Positions 14,401-26,219 of a stretch of 64,000 nt of DNA are shown piece by piece. Source of the DNA: Octopus vulgaris (taxonomy: Eukaryota). The translations under genes and the position numbers were made by a program. The stretch lies in contig OX597819.1 in assembly GCA_951406725.2 (NCBI GenBank), forward strand, positions 2,604,001 through 2,668,000, in the 5' to 3' direction. Every line of letters begins with the position of its first letter. The stretch's first letter is position 1. The notes below the pieces were generated by a model that had not been told where the DNA came from, made no database searches, and saw only the letters and a list, made by a program, of their open reading frames with translations.

Positions 14401-15212
14401 GTGGTATGAAAATGGTTACAAAGAGCTTTCGCTGTTGTTACATTATCACTGGCTTCACTGGTGCTTGGTTGCTATGTTGTATATGTTGACAAACTTTACA
14501 TTGTAAAACAGTTCAATAGCTTTTGATAATCAGAAATTTCATCAGATCGTTTTTGCTATCCACTTATGTGTTATTTGTCTTTGATCTTAGCCTTTGTTAA
14601 AAATAGAATATTTTTCTTAGCCACAGAACAGAGCTTGATTTTAGTGGGAACAATACTGAAACATGTACAAAATACTTTTATCTAAGTCTCAAGCCAAGGA
14701 TCAGATTCAAACCTACAAAACAGAAATTTTTCTCGCCGGAATAAAAGCTTTAAAAGAAGCACTTCTTCCGATATTCCCGCAAAGTTGTATTACGAAAATT
14801 TGTTTACAAAAATTAATTTGTTTCGCCCGTTCAAATAAGAAATTAAACAAATTATTTGAGTGTTTGTTTCATTTCTTACACAAGACACTTCGTTCGCTGA
14901 AAGAATTCGTGTCTGCAACTTAACTGAAGATTATTAGAATTCATTAAAACAATTTTAAGTGAAAGACTTAGCACAGTGAATGATTCACAGAGAAGTCCCT
15001 ATTATAATATCTTTCGCTTCAAATTTTGGCACAAGGCCAACCATTTTAGAAAAAGTGGGTAGTCGATTATATCGACCCCGGTTCATAAATGGTAAGTTAC
15101 TTTATCGACCTTGAAAAGATGGAAAGCAAAATTGACCTCAGCGGAATTTGAACTGTGTACGTAAAACGCCAGCAGAAATGTCACTAAGCATTTTGTCCAG
15201 CGCATAAATGCT

Positions 15213-16883
15213 TGTGGCGTAAATGATATCCTCACTGTTTGAAAGACACATTAGGAATAATCTCGTGTGAGATTACAACCATCTTTGGCTAGTTTGACCC
15301 GGTTGTGTCCACTGCTCTGATTGGTTGACATTGGCACAGTTTGTCTCTCTCGACTTATTTCGCGCCAGTGTGTAAACCAACCAATCACGGCCTTCGGATA
15401 AGGTCTGCTTCATTTGAGCCTACGCCAGGCTTTAAAAGGGTGAGATCAACAGCCTTCCAGGTCTTTGGCTCTAGACCTTCTAAGGTCTAGTCACTGACCA
15501 CAGAGTTACTCAGCCATGTTCCAGTTCCAGCGACAGACGACCAGTCAGCCATGCTCCTGCTTCAGCCATGAAGACGCTATTATACACCAGCGGCAGACAG
15601 GATGTTCTCCATCTCCGTCGCCTTCATCTCGACGTCGTCTCCCTCTGCTGCCGCCATCACCATCGTCGTCCTTCAACTCTGCGTCGTCTTCATCTCCGTC
15701 GACTTCAGCAATATGTACACATCAACTTCGTCCAGGTTTAAATTCCACGCTGTTTGTGAATATTCACCGTGGTAAAACAGTTACAGTCTACCTGAAAGAA
15801 CTTTCTGTATCAAGAGACTCGGCACGACACTGAAGCTACAAACCGCTGCACGACATGTGCCCAACCGACATTCTGCCTCGTGACCCCAACATCTTGTTAT
15901 AGAACTTGCAATCGTGTACCGCACTTACGAACTGGTAAACAAATTCTATATTAACTCAATATGCTGAGAGACTTATCTTATGCTCTGTATTCTGTTGTAT
16001 ACGCATTCACCTTCTGTCGCACACACAAACACAGACAAACACCTATGCGCACGCATTCAAACACTACACCTTGCTAGCACTCACATACTCTCTCTCTCTT
16101 TGTACCCATTGTAAATAAAGTCTTCTTCTCTCTCAAAACAGTAGAACGGTTGTCGTCCTTCATTTATTCTGTAAGGAATATGTGAATATCTCCTCTTGCA
16201 CTTTTGGGGTGCAAGTTGGTGCAATCACTTACCGTTGCTTTTATATCTAGACTCTACCAGTCAAAGAAACACAAAACTCAGACGTAAAAAATAGATATAC
16301 TTTATTGTTTTATACCGGTGAGAAATCAGTGGTATATCTGATGTCCTTGGTTCTGGGCGCGCAAGGCTGAAAGTTAATCGATTGTAATATTTACAATGTT
16401 CAGCCGCTAAAAACAGAACGGGTCAAAATGGCGTCCGGAGGAAGAAGATGATGTCTGCAACAATTCAGGTTAAAAGTCTTCGGCCAAAAGACTGCTGCTA
16501 TCAAAACCGGAGAGAGAGCGAATTAAACGTCTGCTTTGGTGAAATGCCTGCCGCTGTCTATCGGACGCTAATGGTCAACGCTTTACGCTCCCTTGCCTCT
16601 TTGTTAAGGCTCACGCTCCCTTGCCTCTTTGTTAAGGCTCGCGCTCCCTTGCTAGGAGCAAGGCCACGTCAGCTAAGGCCACGTCAGCAAAATTCCCTCT
16701 TTCGGACTTCGTGTATTCGCGAGAGGGCGTTGCGCGCGCGCGCTGTTGTATAGGATCACTACAGTTCCTTTGGCACTGTATTTTATATCATGTATTTGGC
16801 TTCGTATTTTGTTAGGGGCGACCGTGCGGCGTTTAAAGGCGACATTTGTCACAAACTCCTTACGTACGGTCGTATTCCCTACA
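15213..16883 (+). mobile_element. Solo LTR (Ty3/Gypsy-like), inserted into a SINE
   Basis: TGT...ACA termini; 4-bp TSD tgct/cgct (one CpG transition); splits a SINE; CCAAT boxes ~15320 and ~15381, TTTAAAA ~15431, AATAAA ~16114. Confidence 0.7.
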
Positions 16884-19654
16884 CGCTTCTGCCATAATCC
16901 AACTCCATACAGTGGTTACTGAGAAAACCAAGGGCTCGTACTAAGCGTATTCATCTGAAAGGCTTACATAAATGAATTCAAACATTCAAAAATGTTTTAT
17001 AATATTTAACGCCAGTTATTGGTGTTATGAGCGTCATAACACTAAAACCTTGTTAGCTTTCTAATTCACATTTAGAACACGAAGGTTTTAGAACACGAAA
17101 GCCATCATTATTTTTTCAACAGTTTCTTGTGTTTAAGAACATTGGTATTTATAATATTGTTTTTAATAATTAAAACTTGGCAGACCTTATAAGATTTATG
17201 TATTATAATTTTAATTAAATACAATAAATTTTTGGCTCAAGCAAAATAAAATAAAAATACTTTTAAGAAAAAGCAATTAAAGAATTAAGAATTATTATTC
17301 ATTTTGGAAAATCAGGCTTAGAGAAAACAAAGACTATTCGATAATTTTCGGATAGTCTTCAATCTCAGCTGAAAAAAGATGTATAATGGAAGGCAAGGTT
17401 TACGATATCGGAAGGATATCGTCCTCTCCATCATCTTTTTGTTTTTTGTGTAGTTCAGCCTTCCGGCAGGCGAAGAGAGGTAACTTCAAGTACAAATGCT
17501 ATTTACAACTGGTTTTATTTAAAGGAATCACAGGATAGGTGTAGTGTGCTGCTCTCAGCTACCATCTTTAGCTATGTGCGTCGTGCAGTAGCTCCGTTAG
17601 TGCGGGCGTATTGCCTCCGGAGATACACCATATAGAAAAATCCAGCCAGTGGTGGTGTTCAGCCAGCGCTGCTGAAAGGTGGCGACAAAAAGAAAGAGAT
17701 TTGAGTCAGGTTTTCCCTTTATATAGAATTTTCCATAGCGAGCCTCGTTGTGATCTTGCGCATGGCAAATGGATGCAGGTGAGGTCTCGCTCCAGTCTCG
17801 GAAATGGCAATGGCTGCCGCGAGATCTCATCCAATATGGCGCTGACTATTTGTGCCGCTACAAATGTATGGCAATTTTGTAAAGTATGAAAAATTTCTTT
17901 GACTTTCGTGTAAATGGAAGAAACTAGAATGTCAGTATGTATGTAAATATATGTTTTAGCCAAAGCTACCACTACAAATATGTGAATCAAAACAAAAAAC
18001 AGAAACAAAAGCCCAAGTACTTAGAATACGTAAAATAATGATCTGGTCGTGGGGTTGATTGGGTTGCTCATGTCGAGCTGGTTAATGAAGATATATTTTA
18101 AACATCTGAGTCACGGTTGTCGCAATGGACGGCTTTCTTACCCTGTTGTGGTGCACGTCTGGAATGTGGTTGGCTACATGAATAATAACTGAACTGAACT
18201 CCCGAACTTTTAACTTTAATATTTATTGCCAGACACGATATTGATGTTGGCTATTTACTATGAAAGATGTTTATAATACAACTGCCGACTGAGAGGAGAG
18301 AAAAATCGCACCGTGTCCATAGAAGCTGCTTATGGGATATCGTGTGAATATTCAGAATCGGTCTGTCCGAGAACCCGAAATCGTCAGAGCAAATTTCCAA
18401 GCTGTCTGCTCGAATGCTGGAGATCGTCTGTATGGCGTGTGAATTTTTCGGTCGCTCTCAACACTCTACGATGAGTTAAGCACCAAACAATTTTTAAAAG
18501 TGAAAAGAGGGTAAATTCTAGAATATCAGAGAAACCATATCACGCTACAGCTTCAAGGTGATTGGTCGATTTATAGTCAGTCAATGTGGTCACTCACTCG
18601 TGATGCCTGACCGAGTAATTTAGAGGTTAGGTTTCGAATCACTATTACCTTCCTATCTTTCCTTTTACTTGCTTCAGTTATTGGACTGCGGCCATGCTGG
18701 GATACCGTCTTGAAGGGTTGTGGTCGAACAAATAGACTCCAGAATTTATTTTTTACCGTTCTCTTTTGACGAATGGCTAAGCTACGGCGGCCTAAACGAA
18801 TGAACCAACACTGATTGTCAAGCATTTTGCAGGGACAGTGTGTGTATTACCATTTAATGTACGAAGTGTCAAGATTCGAGCTGCTAATAATTTCTTGCTG
18901 TGAAGATACGTGTCTAAGCAGGTTTTTATTACACTTATAAATGAATCTAAGAAATGCAACTTATATGGAGTTGAAAGATCGCACATTCTTTTTAGAGATA
19001 AGAATTCCACTGCACTGCTTAATTCCAGATCCGAAATTTTCAGCAAATGCAAATATATGAACAAATGTCCTTTGGAGAACTAGAGAACATCACCCTCTGA
19101 GTAGCTATCTCGCAGACTTTGGACCCCCTATCCGTTGAATTATTCTACTAGAACTATTTTAATGCGACTTTTACAGTCAAAGAGGCCATAACACTAATTT
19201 TCTTTCCTTTCTTTTTCTGTTTATATTCACCCTTCCACTCTTTTAGCACCAACCTTGTTTTTTTTCGTAATTCCCTGAGTACCGGCGTTCTTATCTTCAA
19301 ATAGAACAGACAATGCGCTCAGATCCCGGAGATTGCTTGGAGACACTAGGCATGTTATAAATATCTGCCTAGATACATGTCATCGCAGCAATAAACTATA
19401 AGTAGCTCATATTCTTTTATTCTTTTATTTGTTTCAGTCATTTGACTGTGACCGTGCTGGAGCACCGCCTTTAGTCGAGCAAATAGACTCCAGGACTTAT
19501 TCTTTCTAAGCCTAGTACTTAGTCTATCGGTCTCTTTTGCCGAACCGCTAAGTTATGGGGACGTAAACGCACCAGCATCGGTTGTCAAGCGACGCTAGGA
19601 GGACAAACACAGACACACAAACACATACATACATACATACATACATACATACAT

Positions 19655-19691
<37 letters not shown>

Positions 19692-19701
19692 TACATATAT
19701 A

Positions 19702-20917
19702 TAGGGTTTGGACAAAATAATGGAAACACCTAGCATCATAATTTTGAAATATCTATAAAACCGTAAAATGCTTGTTTATTTTTGTTTTTTGATTTGTTAT
19801 TGGTGTTGCTTAATATGTTTTGCTAAAATTGCTGTTTCTTTTCAGATATCATCAGAAAAAAGTAATTAAAATTTATTAAATGACAGATCTATCGGACTGT
19901 TGGTGCTCCTATGGCAGGTGGTAGTGTAACCAAAACAGCAGGAATATTCGGTGTATCAAGAAGTACTGTCTCGAAAGTAATGAGAGTCTTTGAGAAAGTG
20001 GGAAAAAACCTCCTCGTAGAAACAAAACTCCGGAAGAAAACCAAAACTTTCAAATAGGGACCGTCGGACTTTAACGCGAATTGTTAGAAAGGATCACAAA
20101 AGTACAGCTCCCAAAATTACTGCAGAGCTTAATGACCACCTCAAGAACACAGTTTCCATAAAAACTGTTCGCCGAGAGCTGTGCAAAGCCGGATTTTACG
20201 GGAGGGCTGCAATCAGAAAACCACTACATTCAAAAACAAACGTTGCAAAGCGTTTAGAGTGGAGTAAAAACCTACAGAATTAGTCCCTAGATCAGTTGAA
20301 GAATGTTATTTTCTCAGACGAGTTATTCTTTACCTTACTTCCGACCACCGGCCGAGTATACGCGTGAAGATAGCCAAAAGAAGTATTTGACCCAGACTGC
20401 CTTCTTCCAACTGTTAAACATGGAGGGGGATCTGTGATGATCTGGTGGGCTATATCTTTGAAATCCACCGACCCAATGGTTTCCCTCAAGACTATTTAAG
20501 CATTTTATCTGATTAAATTCATCCTATGGTTGCAGAACTGTTTCCGGAGGGAATCGCAATCTTTCAGGATGATAATGCACCAATTCACACAGCTAAAGTT
20601 GTTACTGAATGGCACAAGGAATATTCTAGTGAAGTTGAACATCTTATCTGGCCATTACAGTTCCCAGATCTCAATATTATTGAACATTTATGACGCAGTT
20701 TAGAAAAACAAGTAAGGAGTCAATATCTTCACTACAAGAACTAGAAACAGTTTTAGCTGAAGAATGGACAAAAATTCCTTTGGAAAAAATTCAAACTTTG
20801 TACGAGTTCGTACCTTATAGAATTCAAGCTGTAATTACTGCCAAAGGCAGTTTACCCCATATTAAAATAAAATTGCTTGAAATTGTAAGGTGTTTCCATT
20901 ATCTTGTCCAACCCCTG
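19702..20917 (+). mobile_element. Full-length Tc1/mariner transposon, DD36E (Incomer-like), disrupted transposase
   Basis: ~30-bp TIRs (aggg-ttggacaaaataatggaaacacct), TA TSD, 1216 bp; VIFSDE, FQDDNAPIH, WP.Q.PDLNIIE; 36 residues between D (20571) and E (20682); several stops and frameshifts. Confidence 0.93.
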
Positions 20918-20921
20918 TATA

Positions 20922-21811
20922 TCTACTACATATGTGGGAAATTCTGTCTGTGGGTATGTTTGTGAAATTGTTAGCTAACTCCTCCTACATAGTTTTATCG
21001 ATTTTAATGAAACTTGACACGTGAGAACTCATGTCTGGAAACCTCATGGCATACTCAGATTGTTGAAATAAATCGATAATAGAGCTCCTGGAAGGGATCC
21101 TTATATATAACTAATATATTTTTTAAGCCAAGGGAAATAACCCATTCGCCCTTGAAAGGGAGCCTCATAGATAGCCAAGGGAAATAATCCGTTCGTTTTC
21201 CTAAATTATTTGGTAAAAAGGAAATTGAGTATGGTTATTTCTTAGTATTTGAACTGTTAGAGTTATTTTCGCAATTTATCCAGTACAACCCATGAACAAG
21301 TAAATAGTATTTTCCTAAACACTAGATCCACTTATTTCGGTTAGTGACTTATTCACGAATATACCAACACTAGCGCCCCAGAGGGTAATATCCTCTGGGA
21401 ACACACAAAAGCCCTTTCAGAATTATTCTCTCATATCTGATTAGCCTGTCATTACGTAACATACTTCACGATTTTAGTATACATACCTTATTAGTATTTC
21501 CTCCTATGTTCTATATACTCTGGGAATGCATTAAAACCCTTTTCGGGGCTACTTTAATTGAATTCTTACCATCAGGTAACTAATTTCATATTATTACATA
21601 ACTGACTTCACAATTTGGGTATTCATAACTTATCGGGAATTCCTAAAAACAAGATCTGTGTAAGACAGTTCAATATTCTCTGTAAATGCACAAAAACAGT
21701 TTTAAGGGCTGCATACTTTGTACTGTTGCTATTGGATTAGCGAAACAATTATGAAAACGGAACCAAGGGATAAGCCCCGCTTTCCCAGGAAATACCAGGT
21801 ACATCAGCTAG
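20922..21811 (+). mobile_element. Non-autonomous Helitron
   Basis: A|TCtactaca... start; degenerate subterminal hairpin cccaggaaataccaggt followed by CTAG|T; no TSD. Confidence 0.65.
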
Positions 21812-21815
21812 TCTG

Positions 21816-21861
<46 letters not shown>

Positions 21862-22094
21862 CACACACAAGCTTCTTTCAGTTTCCATCTACCAAATCCA
21901 CTCACAAGGCTTTGGTCAGCCGGAGGCTATAGTAGAAGACACTTGCCCAAGGTGCCACACAGTGAGACTGAACCTGGAACCATGTGGTTGGGAAGCAAGC
22001 TTCTTATCTAACTATCTAACTATCACACAGCCTCTACTGTACTGTGTATATTAAGTGATATTTATCTTCCACTTAATGGTAAACTATATATATA

Positions 22095-22761
22095 TAAAGT
22101 ATAGAAGCCATGGCTAACCAGATTGGGGAGGGGGTGTTACTGTAGCTTTCTAGCCCCAAGAGATCTTCGTCTCTAGCTGGCTTTAGACACAATATCAGTG
22201 TCCTTGGAGTATTTGCAAAGGGAGGCCATCCCTTCCTCGCAAGCCTGAGTGATACGCTCGAACTAGATTCGGGATTGTTGTCCCTCGTCAACGGGCGGTA
22301 ACCACCAGGTAGCGATGAAAGTGAAGGCCTCCTTTGCAAATAGATATAAGTTTTTCTAATGGCGTCTGCCACTGATGTCGAAAAACGAACAGTAAGCATA
22401 ATTAAATCTCAGAATGAGATTGAAACAGTAATCGCTCGATAATGTAAAGTATAGAAGCCATCTTATCATGGCTAACCACTTTCATCGCGACCTGGTGGTT
22501 ACCGCCCGTTGACGAGGGACAACAATCCCGAAACTAGTTCGAGCGTATCACTCAAGCTTGCGAGGAAGGGATGGCCTCCCTTTGCAAATACTCCAAGGAC
22601 ACTGATATTGTGTCTAAAGCCAGCGAGAGACGAAGATCTCTTGGGGCTATAAAGCTACAGTAACACCCCCTCCCCAATGTGGTTAGCCATGATAAGATGG
22701 CTTCTATACTTTACATTATCGCGCGATTACTGTTTCAATCTCATTCTGAGATTTAATTATG

Positions 22762-22763
<2 letters not shown>
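22095..22763. repeat. Nested inverted-repeat element
   Basis: 22095-22323 is the reverse complement of 22477-22713; 22395-22478 is the reverse complement of 22680-22763; flanked by (TA)n. Confidence 0.9.
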
Positions 22764-22820
<57 letters not shown>

Positions 22821-23109
22821 ATGTGTATGTATGTATATTACAATGTGCTTCTTTCAGTTTCTGCCAAGCAAATCCACTTGCAAGACTTTAGTTGGTCCAG
22901 GGGGCTATAATAGAAGACACTTACCCAAGGTGTGATGCAACAAGACTGAACCCGAAACCATGTGGTTGAGAAGCAAACTTGTAGCCACACAGCCACGCCT
23001 GCACCATATCCGTTCTACTATAAATACAAGGCCTGGAACTTTAACACAGAATGTAAAGACTGACGAAAGGCAGCTAAGCATTTTGCCAGCTCACAATAAC
23101 AACGTGACA

Positions 23110-23150
<41 letters not shown>

Positions 23151-23517
23151 AAGGATGATAAGGATGATAAGAAGGAGGATATGGAGGGAAGGGATAGCGA
23201 TGCTGATGGTACTGATTAGAGCACTGATCAGTTGGAATTAGTTCATATGTTCGTTGGCTGTAAAAAAAAAAGAAAGTCCCAAGGGAATCTGAATGGGGAC
23301 GAAGACAAGATTACTGATGGAAAACAATAACAACCAGGATAACAACAGCAACATCACACACGTGTACGCATATATATATATGCAGAGAGAGGGACGGACA
23401 CACACACACACACACAGGCAGAAGCAGACAGGCAGGCAGACAGACCAACAGACAGGGAGAGATTAATTTATTTGCAGTGTTTCCTAGCACTTCACTGGGT
23501 TTTGTCTTTATTGTTAT

Positions 23518-23578
<61 letters not shown>

Positions 23579-25126
23579 ACTGCTGTTCTTGTTTTTATTG
23601 ACTTTCATTAGTTTTGTTTTTTGGGGTCCAAGTTATTTGTTTGTTTATCTATCTTTGTTTTTGTCTTTTATGAAAAAAAATATAAGAATAAAACCAAAAT
23701 TTGATTAAAATTTTTATTAACTCCACTAAATTTTAGAGTACAGAAATATTAATTCAATATAATTTGCTTTAAGGACCCTCAACAATTAAAAACCTTGGAA
23801 CTTATTAGTTTCATTAGTTTCATAGCAGGTCCTCCACTTAAGATGTTGTTACTATTCCTGTTGAGTATACACAAGATGTACTTGTTTCTTTCTTTACTGT
23901 TCTGGGAGTAATGTCTAAGTGACACGGTACATCATTCAAAAACTATCAGGACAGTGGTTCTTGTTTTTCACACATTCAGTTGCTTAGGTTTGCCATAGCA
24001 CCCTTGGAGAGAACATGTTTTAGCAGCTGGAAAAATGCTGAATTATGCAAAGTGTTAGAGAAAGAAACCAAGCTGTTATTTGTGAATTATAGGGAGAGAT
24101 TTGCAATTATCAAAATGAAACTGCAAATTTGTATAAATTTTGCAAGATATTTTCATTTAATTTCAGTTTTTACACAAGAGAGAAAAAGCATGTCGAAAAT
24201 AAAAGACCATGTGTTGATTTCGAACTATAGAAGTTCAAACACACACGTATGAAGACACACACAATCAAAAACAATATGACTGAATCTTCATCTGATCAAT
24301 CACCATATCTTTATCTCTTACTTAATTTAGTCATCTGACAGCGGCCATCCTGGGGCATCGCCCTGAAGAATTTTTGTTGAACTAATTGACACTACTTGGT
24401 AGCCAAACAGAAAAGATCCATTATATTTTGTAAAGCTGTAGACTACTATCGGTCTCTTTTGCCGAACATCTAAATTAGAAGGACATAAACATGCCAACAC
24501 CAGTTGTCAAGCAGTGGTAGGACACACAGGCACACACATATGCAACAGGGTTGTTTCAGTTTCTTATTTCTTTATGGCTCACAAGGAGCTAAACATAGAG
24601 GGGACAAACAAGGACAGACAAACGGATTAAGTCAATAATATTGACCCCAGTGCGTAACTGGTACTTAATTTATCGACCCCGAAAGGATGAAAGCCAAAGT
24701 CAACCAAGTTGAACTCAGAACGTAACAGCAGATGAAATATCTATTTCTTTACTACCCCCAAGGGGCTAAACACAGAGAGGACAAACAAGGACAGACAAAT
24801 GGATTAAGTCAATTATATCGACCCCAGTGCATAACTGGTACTTATTTAATCGACCCCGAAAGGATGAAAGCCAAAGTCAACCTTGGCAGAATTTGAACTC
24901 AGAACATAACTGCAAACGAAATACTGCTAAGCATTTCACCCGGCGTGCTAACGTTTCTGCCAGCTCGCCATCCTACAGTTTCTGTCTACCAAATCCACTC
25001 ACAATGCTTTTGTCCGCTTGATGCTACAGTAGAAGACACTTGCCCTAGATATCACACAGTGAGACTAAACCTGGAACTCTGTGTGCTTGTGTGTAAATAT
25101 ATACACACACAGAGAGACACACACAG

Positions 25127-25160
<34 letters not shown>

Positions 25161-26219
25161 CATACATGAGCATGTGCACATATATATGCTATGTGGACAA
25201 TATTTAATTTCACACATACACACTTTGGTATAAAAATTATTTTTGAAAGAAAACAAACATATAAACTTGATGGCTAATTAATACACCACTAAATTAAAAT
25301 CGCCATATGTATATTAAATGTATACACACTGTAAGATGGCATGAAGCTATGGAATTGTCAGAGATAAAATCTCCATAAGCATGCTGTGTTATAAACAGAA
25401 TATACATTGGAACAAAATGGTGTTGCTGCAGTGACTCACAAGAACAACAGATGCATTTCACGTTTCTTAACGTTTGTCAATGCTTTGCACCCGACTCACA
25501 TCTGCTTAAATGAAATTCAGACTTCAATAAATACAAAACATAAACTTAAGGGAGTAACTCCTCAGACCAAAATGAGCTTCAATTACTTTTAATCTTTTTG
25601 CTTTGTTTTATTTTGTTTTTACATTTTTCAACCATTAGACTGCGGCCATGCTGGGGCACTGCCTTGAAACATTTTTAGTTGAATGAATCAATACCAGTAC
25701 TTTTTTTTTTTTTAAGCATGGTACTTATTCTATTGGTGTCTTTTGCCGAACCACTAAGTTACAGGGACATAAGCATACCAACTGTGGTTGTCAAGTAGTG
25801 GTAGGGGACAGACACAAACACACACACACATATATATACTATCAAAAAAAGAATACAGGACCTAACCCTAACTCTGTAAGCAGCCAGCGATACAATATCA
25901 GGAATACCCCCACTTCAAGCAGAGAAAGGATAAATCAACACCCACAGCATAGACACTGCAACCTCATCCCCACCCAAAGGAGTTACCAACGAAATCTTCG
26001 TCCCATTAACCGGTTAAACAACCATGCACAACAAACCCACACCACTTGCAATGATTACCAACGAAGGCCTCCTAGAACACCACACCCAAATATGGGATAT
26101 CGGGATGCTCTCCTCAATACTGCTCCAAGAACACACACCATAAATCACAACAGGAGACCCCTAATCAACAAAGAACAACTATATACTAGCTACCGTCCCA
26201 ACCACCGCATTCATTTTTT

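Noticed and set aside
23980-24252. 90-aa ORF after an acceptor-like site; likewise ORFs at 17611-17889 and 31678-31962
   Set aside because: No recognisable domain, non-ATG starts, no consistent exon chain
25861-25875. Telomere-like cctaaccctaac near the PLE 5' junction (also 666-683)
   Set aside because: Only 2-3 imperfect units; not enough to claim telomeric targeting
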